Source: Paraspadella gotoi
Taxonomy: Eukaryota > Animalia > Chaetognatha
Direction: 5' to 3'
DNA length: 64,000 nt
Assembly: GCA_051294375.1 (NCBI GenBank)
Contig: CM119266.1
Location: 16,300,087 to 16,364,086, forward strand
Of the stretch, positions 24,145-37,813 are shown one piece after another. How positions within the stretch are numbered: position 1 is the first letter of the stretch; every line of letters starts with the position of its first letter. The translations under genes and the position numbers were made by a program. Under the pieces are notes generated by a model. That model did not search any database. It was not told where the DNA came from and saw only the letters and a list, made by a program, of their open reading frames with translations.

Positions 24145-26379
24145 ATGTCTGACCCAGCCAATATGGCGGCCCCGGCTGCAACCACTGAATCTTCATCGTC
24201 GTCGGTTTCGTCGTCGTTATCATCATCGTTCGAAGTCGAGCCCGGTAGTAGAGCGATCCGCAGGCGCAGCGAGCTGGAACTCCGCTCGCTCGAAGAAGGA
24301 GCTCCGACAACAGCGATTATGACGACGCCCGCAGCAGCCGCTGCCGCCGCTGCCGGGATCGAATCTGCCGCGGCATCTGAGGCAGCCGCGGAAACAGCTG
24401 TCATTTCGGGCCGTAGGAGAGGCCTGCGCAGCGACAGCTCAGACGGAGGCAGCCGCGGCGAAGCAGGAGAACCTTCCGAAGTCGACGACGAAAACGACGA
24501 CGACGGCAACGATGAAAAAACTTTGGGGATGGAAGAAAGGAAACGAGGGTTCGACTTCGAAAGAAGAAGCCCATCGACTCAAACGAACGAAGAGAGAGAA
24601 AAACAAAGAGACGTCTGCCCACAATCCCCCTCATCTATTTATACCCACAAACCTCCAAATCACGAATCTCGGATCGAAGTCACATCCAACCGGAAGTCTT
24701 CCTCCGCGCCTGTTTCCAAAGACGACGTCCCTGCGTCGTACGACCACGTGGCTTCCGGCGGGAATTGCCAGCGATCCCCGAGTCACGACGATAACGACGA
24801 CGATAGCAGCGACGAAGGGCCGGCTTCCCCGCCGACCCCTCGGCGCTCGTTACGCGCCGCTTCAAGGACGTCGAACTCATCCGAGCACCCGCGAGCGTCG
24901 AAATCTGCGCCGCTACCGCCGCCGAGACTGACAGTCACAAAGGAGTTCACCGTCATGGCGAACATCGATGACGATTTCTTTTCAAACGACTCGGCAACCG
25001 CCACCCCGAGAAATGCCGTTCCCCCTGCCGCCCTCGAACCTGAGTTCATTTCTATCGAAGATCTTCCTCTCCCCATCAAAAAGCCGCCCGACGTTTCCCC
25101 GCCCTCCTCCGGTTCCTCGATGCTCGATGCATCTGCCAAGGTTTCCGGTTCCAAAGTCGGAGGACCGCCCCCGCCCAGTTCCTCGAAGGGCACGGCTACG
25201 ACGACATCACTTAAAAGTGCCACTGAGGCCGCTTCTCTGACTTTCGCCAGCGCTTTCGATCGTTTCTGCGCCTCTGGAAATCCGACTCAGTGGACCCCGC
25301 CACAAAAGGCGCCGCCTTCACCGACCCTGTCGGAGCCGAAGACGACTGCGACTTCGCTTTACAAAAATACGGAAACTTCTTCAATAATTGCCCCAGTAAC
25401 GAGCAAAGAGTCGAGCGACGCTTTGCTTTCTTTTAAACCGTCGTCAGCTGCGTCAAGAGCGTCGGCTTCCGTTAAAGATTTACCCAGCGACAAAATTGGC
25501 GCCGTCAATCGTCGCTCTCCGGCGTCCATGCCCACCTCTAAAATACCTTCGCCTCCGGTGTTGATGACCCCTTCGACTTCAACTGGTCAGAGCTTCCGTC
25601 CTCCCCCGCCGCTGGAGGCGCTGTCCGCCTTCGCCAAGAACAATCTTGGATCTTGGACTAAAGCTTCCCCGGTGGGAGCCTCTTCAGTGGCGGGGACCTC
25701 CTCGAGGGTTCCCGCCCAAGCAAAGCCGCCCTTCCATGCGACCACCAAGATGGTCTCCATCCTGAAGCCGAAACCGACGCCGGCGGTTGTGCCTTCCGCG
25801 ACGTCTAACCTTCTTTCAACAGCCACGATGGCGCCGACTCCAAAGCCTACCACTTCATCTCCCGGAATGAAGGGTTTTGCGTGTCACGCATGCGCAGACG
25901 AATGCCGCTCTATTGTAGCGCTGATGCAACATCACTTTAACACTCACATGACTTATAGGTATTTTTTCGTATATATTATATATATATATATATATTTATA
26001 TATTTTTACATAAGAGAGAGAAAGAGAAAGAAAAAGAAAGAAAGAAACTGACAGACTAGCCCGGTCTGATAAAAAGATTATATGAAGAAATAAATACATT
26101 GAATTAGGAATATATTTTCGAATATCTAATATTTAGTATCACAGACTTTATCATAAATAATCAACATTCGTAATCTAAATCAAATTTAAATCACGATCCA
26201 GATGCACCATTTGCGGTCAAACTTGGGGCATCAAACCAAAGATGTCGCCTGATGGCAGCATGCGCCTCAACCACGCCTGGACTTTAGGCATGACAAAATT
26301 GCATCTTATGCAACGACACTCCAGTGCTTACAGCGCCGCCAAGTGGAAGGAGAAGATATCAACTTGCATAAACGGTTAG
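24145..26379 (+). CDS. Ser/Pro/Ala-rich protein with C-terminal zinc fingers; exons 24145-25958 and 26202-26379 (3' end uncertain)
   Basis: The long low-complexity ORF ends in C2H2 CHACADECRSIVALMQHHFNTH. A phase-2 GT-AG intron leads to CTICGQTWG...TKLHLMQRH (long-spacer, BED-like finger). It either stops at TAG 26377-26379 or splices at gttagt to a further exon (possibly ~26651-26871). Confidence 0.72.
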
Positions 26380-28162
26380 TGAAAAGTGAGATTCTCGTAT
26401 TGCTTATCGTCTTTATCTTGTTTGTATTGTAATATTGCATAATCGTAGAAATAAATCCTTTCCTTATGTAGGATGTTCGTAAAGATGAAATTTTTTTTTT
26501 CTTTTCTTCTTTCTTTCTTTCTTTCATTCTTTATTTCTTTATTTCTTTCAAATGTTTTAGTTTTTTCTTTCTTTCTTTTTTAAAAATATTTTTCTTTTTT
26601 TTTTTCCTTTCTCTCAATACTGAATCAACAATGTTCTGACTACCAACAAGGTTGTACCAAGTCGTCCTTTTGCTCTTTGCTTGCGCCAATCCCCTCTGAA
26701 TGGCACCCCCGCTCCCTCCCCCTAGCTCCCACACCCGATCACGTTCCCTCGCTCCGTCGTTTCGCGAAAAGAGGAAGTAAATCGAGCGTCAGTCGTGAGC
26801 GACGGTTTTTCCCTCGAGAGGCGCCGCCGTCACCGCCGCCGTTTTTAACGACGACGACGACTTCGAATTAAAATCGGTCGCGATTAACATAAAGGCGAGG
26901 CGACCTTACCCCCTCCCTCCACAACGCAGTCACTTCGCTTCTTGATCATTGTGCACTTGATCACTTGATTAATGCGCAGGGTGGCTCACCAGTACATTTC
27001 GTTGTCTGGCGCCGAGACTGATTCTCCAATCTCCGTTCACCTGTCATTGAATTACAGCCGTTGTTCACTAACTTTGGCGCTCTTTTTATTTCTCTTTCTT
27101 CAAAAAATGGCATCCAGGAAAATCTCTATCCATTCTCCCTTTGCCACCTGAAACCTTTTTTTTTTCCACTTTTCCCCATTTTTCGCGCACCCTCTCCTAC
27201 AATTCTCTCGCGACGCCAATTTTTCGCTCGGATAGTTTCCGCAATTAAATTCGCTCGCCACCTTTCTTTTCCCATGACGCAGAGAGGAAAACCGACAGAG
27301 AGAAGGGGATGAAGGGAGGAAAGAGAGAGACGGAGAGGTTTGGGTGTTCTTCCGAGTTAAAAATTCAACCCACCCTTGCTCTTGCCACAACCTACCCTCG
27401 ACTTACTGGTCTCTCTCGCCATAGTTCGTTCCTCTCTCTCTCTCTCTCTCTTTCTATCTTTTCCCCTCTCCTCCTTTCCCACCTCTTTCTCCCTTTTCCC
27501 CGAGTCGTGACCGGCTTTGATGAATAATTTTCCGATCGACTGGACATCGACTGGGAACCAATCAAGGAAAGGAGGAAAAGGAGAAAGGACGAACGAATGT
27601 TGAAGGAAAGAAAGGAAAATGAAAAAAAAAAAAATCTTACGGAAAACAAGAGGAGGAGGAGAATGGAAGAAAATTGAAAGCGAAAAGCCAAGAAAGCTGC
27701 CATATCCACATTTAGCGGAAATCGTGGAAGTTGGTATTGAGTGGCGACGAGAAAACCAAAACGGATAAATAGTAAAGGGGAAATTGTTTTTCACATCTTT
27801 CTTGACACTACTTTAATACTTTTTCGAAACAGTTTCATGGTCCAATGATTCAAAAATGTTTTTAAGTAATCGACCTAACCGACCTAACAAAATTGTAATT
27901 CTATCTCCGAATTATTATAAACTAAACAAATTTCAAGATTTTAGCTTTTTTTTACTTTTAAATCACACTTAAAATTACATCCTTTATCTAATTTTTTCTT
28001 TGGACGAGGCAAGGAAGATAATTGTAAAATTGTAAATATATAATTGAATTGTATGAATTAAATGAACACAAACATTAAATTAAATAACATTAGTAGTTGC
28101 ATAATATAAAAAACACGCGAGAAAGACATAATTAAAAAAGTAAATAATTACTGCAAGCTGTG

Positions 28163-31100
28163 TTAACATGATATTCTCTCTAAGATCGCACCGACAGTCG
28201 CTCCCCCGAGGACGTCCAGCTGCGACACCGTAACACCCAAAGTCAGGTGGCACCAATTGACGAGCTCGACCGCTGTGAGAGAGTCTACGCCATAATCGGT
28301 CATGGGCGTAGTCAACGATACTTTTTCAGGGGTGACACCCAAAAGTTCGCCGAGTTTTTCTCTTAGCAATGACGCCGCTTCCTCCGGCGTCAGTCGATCG
28401 TTTTTAACGGAGGCTTCTGTCGAAGCGCCGTCGAGTTTGGGAATGGAGAGATGGGAGAAGAGGAGGGAGTTTTTGGAGGCAAAGCGAGCGACAGTTGACC
28501 AATTCTGTTGAGTTTAAAAAAGAAGGATTTTAATTACTACATACGGTTTTTGTTTTAATTTCTTTTTCCCTCTAAAATTTAAAAAATAAATCTCACCTGA
28601 TTAGCCACACATACGACCGCTGGGATTGCGTCTTTAGCGCACATTAGTTTTTTGAGGGCTGTCCATATTTCCTGCGAATGAAGCGTCTTCATGCCTTTTG
28701 CTTCCAGCATCTTCATTGTTTCCAAGTTCTTCTCCAAAAATCCGGCGCCACGTACTGCTCCCATTTGAAGAGAGAGGGCGTTCGCCCCGCGATGCCGGCG
28801 GCGTTGAGCCAAAGCGTCAAGAGCAGAATTTGCAGCACAGTAGCAAGGCTGAGCAGGTTGACCCCAAGATGCTACCACGGAGGAAAATAGGACAAAGTGA
28901 TCCAATTCCATTCCTTCGGTACCCTGATCCAGTGCGAGGGCTCCACGTACCTTGGCAGCCATAATTCGTTCTATTTGTTCATCATTTAATGTATCAAAGC
29001 TTTCGTTTTCTATAACTCCGGCCATATGGAAAACTCCTTTCAGGGGATATTTCTTCTCTTTTTTGACAGTTGCTACCATTTCAAACACTTTATTTTCGTT
29101 TGCCATATCAACAACATAATTTTTGACGTTTATACCTTGCTGTTCTAATTCCAGTAACAGGCGCTGAGCTGCTGACGTTTTTATCTTACTCCTTGATGTA
29201 AGAATTAAATTCTTGGCCCCCATTTCAACTAACCAGCGAACAAAGGATTGACCAAGACCCCCTAACGCCCCTGTCACCATATAACACACCTCACTATCCA
29301 GTATTTTGGTAGCAGATTTAAGGTTCAAGGGCTGAAAATTTTCAGGAATAGTCAAAACGTTTTTACCGATATGCGATCCTCTTGTCATTGTTTGGAAAAC
29401 AGACTTATAATCTTTGATATTAAAGACTGTGGTTTTAACTGGCTTAAGTGTACCACTTTCAATAAAATTCAGTATTTCCTTTAAAGTATTTTTTAGGGTT
29501 TCAGGTTCAGTTTTTGTCATGAGATCAATCTGGCAGGAAATGAAGCTTTTGTTTTGAAAGAGTAATTTTGTCGCAAGGTTAACGTTGTTTAGCAAATCTT
29601 TCTTTCCGATTTCCACAAATCTACCACCCGGTGCAAGGATTTCAATGCCTTTCATCATTAAATCGCCACTAAGAGAATTTAAAACTACATCGACTCCTCT
29701 GCCATTAGTCCATTCTAAAACATCTTGTACAAATCGTTCACTTCTAGAATCAGTTGTGTAATGTATATTAAATTCGTTTGTTAAAAAATTTCTTTTTTCT
29801 TCTGATCCAGCAGAGCAAATTACTTTAGCCTTACAAAGATTAGCAACATTTATTGCTGCGAGGCCGACTCCGCCACAGGCTGAGTGGATCAAAACTGTTT
29901 CATTTTCCTTCAAATTTGCCTTCTTACATAAAGCTGTAAATGCTGTCGTATATACTATAGGTAAACCGGCAGCCTCCTCCCAGGACAAAAATTTAGGTTT
30001 TTTTATAACGAGATTTGCATCACAGAGTGCATGGCTCCCCAGACAGTGAGTTCCAATAGCGATTACTTCATCTCCACATTTCAAGTTCTTTACATTAGGA
30101 GCAACCAGATCTATAATTCCAGAGCATTCGATACCAAACCCACTTGCTGTTTCAAACTCAAGTAAATCATCCAGTAAGCCAAGTGATTTCATGACATCCT
30201 TGAAGTTCATAGCAACAGCTTTGACCTGGATTCTGACTGTTCCAGCTGATGCGTGACAGTTTTTTACTTCTTGCATCTCCATAGACTCAATATTTCCATT
30301 CAAATTTTGGTCTACCCTCCAAACATTCTTTGGAGAAATTTTGCAGTCAGGAAAATCCATTGAGCATATTCGTGGGACCATTGCGACACCATTTTCTATT
30401 ATGTACTCACACTCAGGAGAGATACTTTCCATCACTGTAAAAGCAGCTAATGTATCTTGCTCATAGTTGACACTTTCTTTTAGAAAAATAGTATGCAAAG
30501 AAATCTCTGTTAAGTAATTTGAAACAGAGCGAAGTAGACCTTGAATCCCACTTAAATCAGAATTGTCCTTCATTTTGCATATTATGAAAATTCTATCAAT
30601 CTCAGAGGAACTATCACATTTTTGCAGATAATGAATCAATTTTTTTAAGCTTCTGTCTTTTGAATTGTCATGCAGATATACAATTCTTTCTTTGTTTTTC
30701 TCCCCGTCCCTCGATAGAGCTCTTACAAGGCTGTTTTTTGTGTTTTTTTCTCTTTTAAACTGTTGTTTAAAGCTTTTGTCATCGTTTTCATTTTCCTGAG
30801 TACCAACAAATAACCAATGATATTGAGAATTATGAAACAACTTTGGTTTCCAGCCAATGAGAATGGAATGTACAAATTCCTTTGGAGTAGAAAAAGTTGT
30901 TACAACATCAAGTCCAACGTTTTCCATACATTCCTTGTAACTATTCTTATCAGCCCAGCATCTCACTTTTCTAAAGTCATTAAATGTCCAGCAAACCTCT
31001 AATGCTCCAAACCATAATTCTGTCAAATTAAATGTATTTGTTGCTTCGAGAATGACCAATGCTCCGCCATCACAGAGCAGTCTTTTGAGGTTTTTAATGC

Positions 31101-34100
31101 AGTTTTCTAAAGAAACTGACGCATGAATTGTATCCAAGTTAATTACAATGTCAAAACTCTCAAGCTTAAAATTCTGATCTTTCGGGTTTTTCTCAGGATT
31201 AAATTGCTGGTATCTAATAAAGTCAAATTCTTTCAGATTCTCCTGTGCTTGTTGGAACCACGTTGAGCTTACATCTGAGAAATAATATTCAACTTTGCTT
31301 GTTTGTTTATTTTGTGTCAGAACTTCCATAATTTTCTTGGTCATTCCTCCAATTCTTCCACCCAACTCAAGAATTCTGACGGTTTCCTTCTTGCATCCAT
31401 CTATGAACAATTTTATGAAATTAGCAACAGCTTCGTAATAGATCCTTACACTGATGCTGTCCCAAAAAAATGAATCAAGACACTCTGATGAGAACATGTA
31501 AGGAAGAATTGAGGCCGGATCTTTTAGAGTGTCTGGTAATCTTTCTCCGAATTGCTTGGTCATTTCAAGCTCTTGTCCGAAATCAGGAGCAGTGCATTTT
31601 AATTTTTCTATCAAATTTGATACCTCATTAATATTGTATGGGGTTTTTAGTTCTGAAATATCTTGAAATCTCTCATAGTATCTTCCAGAGCTATTGTAGC
31701 AAGCCTCTTTTGGAACACTTTCAATTGCATGCTTTACATATGTTGTTATGATGTTCTTTAACTTAGGGAGTAGATTCTCTGCAACTGTAATCGCTTTTCC
31801 TTCCTCACTGGATAATTTTGTATTAAAAAAATTAGTCATCTTATCAAACATAAAATCTTTTGGAACATCACAGGTAGATTGTTGCAGCTTAGTCGTAAAC
31901 AGGGAGGACTTTTCATCAATATAACTTTGAAAACCAGTCACATTTTTTGCTTCAAAACCGTCTACTTTTAATACAGCTTTCCCATCTTCGGTAGTGACGA
32001 ATAAATCTATGATTATCTTATGCTCGCTTAAGTGTTTTACCTTGGAATAAACCAGAAATCGTTCTTTTAAAGGTATGCTGTAAGACATCATCTCCAGTTT
32101 TTGTATTGCAGCTGGCAAGTAAAGACAAGAACCTCCTACTGTCGCAAGAGCAACTTGGAAAATATTGTCAAGAAGCATTACATTGATTCTCTGAGTTTCG
32201 TCATTGCAGGCTGAGACATATGCCAAGGCTGATTCATTTGCTAAAATAATTTTTTCTATTTTTTGAAAATTCGGTCCATAAATTAAGCCAAGATTTTCAA
32301 AATTATTATAAATCTCCTCCTTATTCATTATTTTGCTTGTGTTATCATTTTGAAAAAAATGAATGGAACTCAGTTTCCCTTGAGAAAAATCTAGGCTTGC
32401 CTCAAAGTGCTTGACTGGTGATAAAACATAAATCTTTGATCCTTGTTGTTTACATTCTAATGAAATTGAAGATTTCTTATTTTTGAATAACAAAACATTG
32501 GTAAATTTTATATCTTTTAACTGGGGATAAGCCGATTCATCTTGGAAAAATGTTTGAATGGCAAATTCAACATATCCTGCTCCAGGAAAGACAATCTGGT
32601 CTTGAACTACATGGTCTAAAAAAAATGGAAACATTTCCAAAGAAAGTATACCATTCTGGCCAGAAAAACTACGGTCTTCTAATCCAAGACGCCTCATTTG
32701 TCTTTCCTCGGGTTCAGACCAGTATTGCTCATGTTTCCAACAATATGTTGGTATTCCTGTCCAAAGAGGATTCGAAGCGCATATATTGCGCCAGTTTAAT
32801 TCATTGAAACCTTTACAGTACATTTTTGCGACGCTTTGAAGAAAGCTAAAGGCATCATTCTGATCTCTTTGTCCAGATGATATGGTAATTGGTTGTTTTT
32901 TCCCGAGATTTGAATATATTTGACCAATACAGGACGTCAAAGTAGCAGAAGCACCTAATTCTATGTAACAAGTAACATTTTCATGACAAATTTCCTCAAT
33001 TGCGTTTTGAAAAAGGACAGGTTGCCGAATATTTTTCCACCAATAAGATTCTTTAAAGTCTCCATTGTACAACTTTCCAGTAACTGTCGAGTAAAAGGGA
33101 ATATTTGCTGTTTTAGGCTCAATCTGGTCATTCAATGCATCACAAAATGGTTTTTCTATAGGATTCATTTCGGGCGTATGAAAAGCACATGTTACTCTGA
33201 GTTTCTTGGCAGTAGAGGGATTTTTTTCTATCAACATATCAATTGTCTGTACTTGGCCTGCTACTGTTACTGCTCTAGGCCCATTGATGGCTGCTATATG
33301 TAACTCATTCTGTGTCTGACAAATCTTCCAGGCCTCTTTTGAATTCATTCGTAATGCCGCCATACGTCCCGTTCCAGTGAGCTTTGCTTGCTGAACACTA
33401 CGATGATGGATGATGAGAACAGCTTCTTCCAATGTCAAGCCACCAGCAGCGTAAGCGGCCGCAAGCTCACCAAGACTGTGTCCAACAATTATGTCCGGTT
33501 GGATGCCAAAATGATTCCATAGCCGGATAAATGCAATTTGCATAAAAAGGATTGCTGGTTGAATAACGTCTACTTCTTGGATGGCGTCACTTGCGTTCAG
33601 TTTGTTCCCTTTGTTAGAACTTTTAAAAAGTCCATAATCATTAATTAAAGATTTTCCACCGCCAATTTGTTTTAAAATAGCGTCACAGTCATTGATTGCT
33701 TCGCGAAAAATCGGTTGAGATCGGTACAGTTCCCGACCCATGTCGGCCCATTGTTGTCCCTGGCCAGGGAATATAAAGCAAATCTTGGGTTTGGAAGTAA
33801 AGGGTTCCTGGTCAATGAATACAACATTTTTAGGGTTTTTGCCATCGATGAAAGACTGTAGGGAAGTCTGGATTTCTTGCTTGGAGTTAGCGATAATAGC
33901 AAGTCTCTTTGAATGGTGTTGACGTCGTATTGCTGTCCATGCAATTGTGGCTGCCAAGGATGTCTCTCTTTGAGAAGGAGCATTTTGGGAATTGGTATAT
34001 GTTATCCATTTTTGGGCAAGATCCATCAAAGAATCATCTGATTTCGCTGATAAAGGGATTATGCGGCATCTATTTCCATTTGTTTCTGTAAAAATATTAA

Positions 34101-36667
34101 AGATGTAATGTAAGTTTTTTCGCAGTAAAAATCACTGTTTTGGTTATTTATTATTGCGATTCTGTTTTTCATCTTTTTCAACGAAAAAATTTTTCTTCTA
34201 AGCATTTTTTTATATTCTCATAAAAAGGTATGTTAATATTCGAAATAGAATGTCTTTATTTTCTCCTCTCTTATGATTATTTTAAAAAAATTGTAAAGAT
34301 TTAACTAACCGGCTTCAAAGTTTTCATTCTTCTTCTCTTCTTCTTCCGGGAGTTTAATGAACGGTGCCTCCTCAAAGATAGCGTGAGCAACGGCGCCGGC
34401 GAACCCAAACGAGTTGACGCCAATAACAATGGGAATATTTGCCTCAACTCCGGTCGATGATCGAAGCTCCGTAAAAGATTCTAACGACGTTTGGATCTGT
34501 TGATTTTTTTTTCAAACACCAGCCTTTAATATTGACTGTATGACAAAAGATATTATTTAATGTTTAATTGGTTATGAGGGGAGTACCTTTATATTTAAGT
34601 CATCAAGGTCGATTTTGGGATTCACTTTTCTGAAGTTGATTGATGGACATAGTTGCTTCCTATCAAGCATCAGAGCCGCTTTGATGGTTGCAACGATTCC
34701 TACACAAGCGAAGAAGATTAATTTGAAGGTGATTATTTTAATTTTATTAACAGTTTCGCAAGTTCTTTATGATTTTATTCATATTACGTAAAACCAAATG
34801 GAGACGAAGGTGCAAGAAAATATAAGTATATTACCTGCCGAACATTCGGTGTGGCCGAAGTTACTCTTGACTGATCCAATCTTAAGGGTCGACGCTCCTT
34901 CTTCTCTCCCTTGTCGGAAGAACCGCCCGATGGCGTTGGCCTCAATTGGGTCGCCCACCGGTGTTCCGGTTCCGTGGGCTTCCACGTAAGAAACACGATC
35001 GAGAGGAATCTTTGCTCGGGAATAGGCATCTCTCATCACCTCCTGGGCGAGCGTAAAACAAGGATGTCAAATATTTGATTGATGTCTCATTTAAGTATGT
35101 AAGTCTTTACAGTTATTTTTAGAAAATTTTTGATTTAAATTTTTTTCATACGAGATGAACGAAAAATTGTTTAAAAATAAGGAAAAACTAATATCACTTT
35201 TAAAATGAACTGATTTTCGCACAACCCTCTTGCTTCCTTTAGTTAAAATAACAAAACGGACTTACCTCTTGAGCATCTCCCAACGGCATTGTGAGACTCT
35301 TGCTGAATCCGTTAGCGGAAACTGCGGTTCCCCGAACAAGAGCATAAACGTGATCGCCATCTTTAGTTGCCGCCGACAGGGGTTTGAGGATGACAGCGCC
35401 GTAGCCTTCGCTGCGGACGTAACCCGAAGCATCATCGCTGAACGGACGACACTTTCCTGAAGGATGACGAGAAAATATTCAAGTTCTTATCCATTCCCGT
35501 TTGACGATAATTTCAAAGTTTTTTCTTATATTAAACAACGAATGTATGTATACGTAAGAATTGAGGCGACCGAGTTTGTTTTTGTTTTTTTTTCTCGTTT
35601 TATCCTTAAAAGAATCTTACCTTCGGGCGAGAGAACGCCGAGCTGACTGAATCCGACCGTTTTCTCAGGAACGATCAGAGAGTTGCTTCCGGCGACGACG
35701 GCGACCTGGCACTCGGCTCCACGAAGTGCGCCGCACGCCAGGTGAAGCGCTGTCATCGACGAGGCGCACGCCGTGTCCACCGCCATGGAAGGGCCTCGCA
35801 GGTCGAAGGCGTAAGATATTCGGTTGGCGTGGGCCGAGTGTGCCGACCCTGCAAAAACGCGAGGTTATTTTTGTTATCATTTTCAAAAACATAAAACCGC
35901 TTCGTGTAACTCACCAGTGAGAGTGTAGGCGTTGATGGATTTGGCGTCAGAGACGTTTTGAATGAGATAGTCGAACATTCCCACACCGATGAAGACGCCA
36001 CATTTTTGCGGCGCCACTTCCGGTCGACGAGGTGAATGAAGTTCTTCGGCGATGATGCCGGCGTCCTCGAACGCTTCCGCCGTCACCTTTGCGAGATTTA
36101 GAGATGAATTTTTAAATTTTTGTCAAGTATTGTTTTATGGTGACCTCTTCACTACGAGAAACTCATGAGGCCTCACCTCAAGCAGATGCCGCTGCTGCGG
36201 GTCCATCGCAGACGCCTCTTTAGGCGAAATTTTGAAGTAGGCCGCGTCGAAGCCGTTGTTATCGTCTATGAATCCGCATCGCCGCGTCACCATTTTGCCG
36301 GGCTGTGGAGACGGAAAGGGCGGGGAGATTTATAACGCGATTAACTTCTTGGTACATCCTTTCTCATTGGCCGGGTCTGTATGATTTCCGTTCGATGTCA
36401 ACCTGTCCTTACCTTCGTCGCATCCTCGTCGTGCCAGGCGTCGATGTTCCATCTCTCCATCGGAACTTCAGTGACGCAATCAATGCCTCCAGAGATGACT
36501 GTCCAAAAATCGTCCGGAGTGTTGGTTCCGCCGGGAAGTCGGCAACCTTTTGAGTAAAAAAAATCTAATTTTTTGCCCGGGCTAAATTTCAATAAAAATC
36601 ATTAAAACGATTTCGATGTAACGTTTGACTGTGACTGACCTATTCCGACTATTGCGATTGGTTCCAT
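28163..36667 (-). CDS. Iterative type I polyketide synthase, KS-AT-DH-MT-ER-KR-ACP with no thioesterase, ~2405 aa; exons 36667-36640, 36546-36413, 36302-36177, 36086-35915, 35848-35621, 35456-35266, 35042-34835, 34699-34587, 34496-34310, 34085-28597, 28504-28163
   Basis: KS: [53 protein letters not shown]: [18 protein letters not shown]: [16 protein letters not shown]: [17 protein letters not shown]: [12 protein letters not shown]: [17 protein letters not shown]: GVDSL. All ten introns are GT-AG and in phase, total 7218 nt. Confidence 0.95.
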
Positions 36668-37386
36668 TTCTGTGGTAAACGATCTCAAATTTGAATTAAA
36701 TTTGATAAATGTCAGAGTTAAATTTTTGAAATTGACGGAATAAGTATTGTCATTTTATATTTTAGAGGTTTTTCGTTTATAGGTTTTGTTGTTATTTATT
36801 TTTCGTTGTTCAAATTTTGTTTCAAACTTATTTTCTTCGTTTCTTTTTTCGTGATTGATTCTCGTATTTTTTTTCGATCGAAACATTTTCTTCGCCTTTT
36901 ATACGTTTTATTATCTTCATTGGATCGAAAAAATTTAAATTCCTCGTCAGGTGAAGCGAAATTGAGAAATCCTCGACGACGACGACGACGACGTCACTGT
37001 CTGTGATTCATTCTTATTTTAGTCGTAGATCTTCGAAGGGAAAGGTCTCGCGTTCGATCCCTGACATCTTACTTAAATGATTTCTTTATCACGAAAAACA
37101 CATAAACGTAAAACCCCGTATTTTATTTAAGTTATTACTTTAATAAAATGATAAATATATTTTCTAATATTTAAAAAAAATCCTTTAGATATATAGTAGA
37201 ACAAGTAATCTTGTAACTTTCATAAATATTATGATTATTTTTTCCTTATTTTTTGTTTTATTCATTGTTCCTGGGTGTTCTACTCCGGTTGCGATAGCTG
37301 GAAACGAGTCACAAAACAGAACTTCCCTGTTACTATTTTTAATTCTTCCAGGCAGGATCTAAGAAACGAGTCACCTTTTCGATCAG

Positions 37387-37474
<88 letters not shown>

Positions 37475-37813
37475 GTGAGTTTGGAGTTCTCGGAATTTAT
37501 TTTTTTATTGTAAAATGATTGTTTCACTAAAATAGAAATTTAGTCATCGCTCAATTCTAAACTTTCACATCCAGACTTTTTTAAATTTTTGTTTCTTTTT
37601 TTTTATTAGTTTGTAGTTTCTTGTAATCTTTAAAATTTAAAATTTAAAATCTTTTAGTCTTTAAAATTTTTTTTTTCTTCCGTTTATTCATTCTCTAATT
37701 AAATTACGGATGTTCCTAATCAATCTGCGGACAGTCAAATTAGCTTACAAATTGATTTGTAGATGATTTAAACCAATTGGATATTCCTTACCTCCCCCCC
37801 TTCCCGTCCACAG

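Noticed and set aside
28163-36667. PKS as bacterial symbiont contamination or as ordinary fatty acid synthase
   Set aside because: Ten canonical introns and host-like flanks rule out bacterial DNA. The missing TE and PKS-type KS motifs argue against canonical FAS, pending phylogeny.
13220-36667. A biosynthetic or biomineralisation cluster of PKS + EF-hand + secreted coiled-coil genes
   Set aside because: Only proximity supports it. No tailoring enzymes or transporters are present, an unrelated zinc-finger gene intervenes, and animal PKS genes are usually unclustered.
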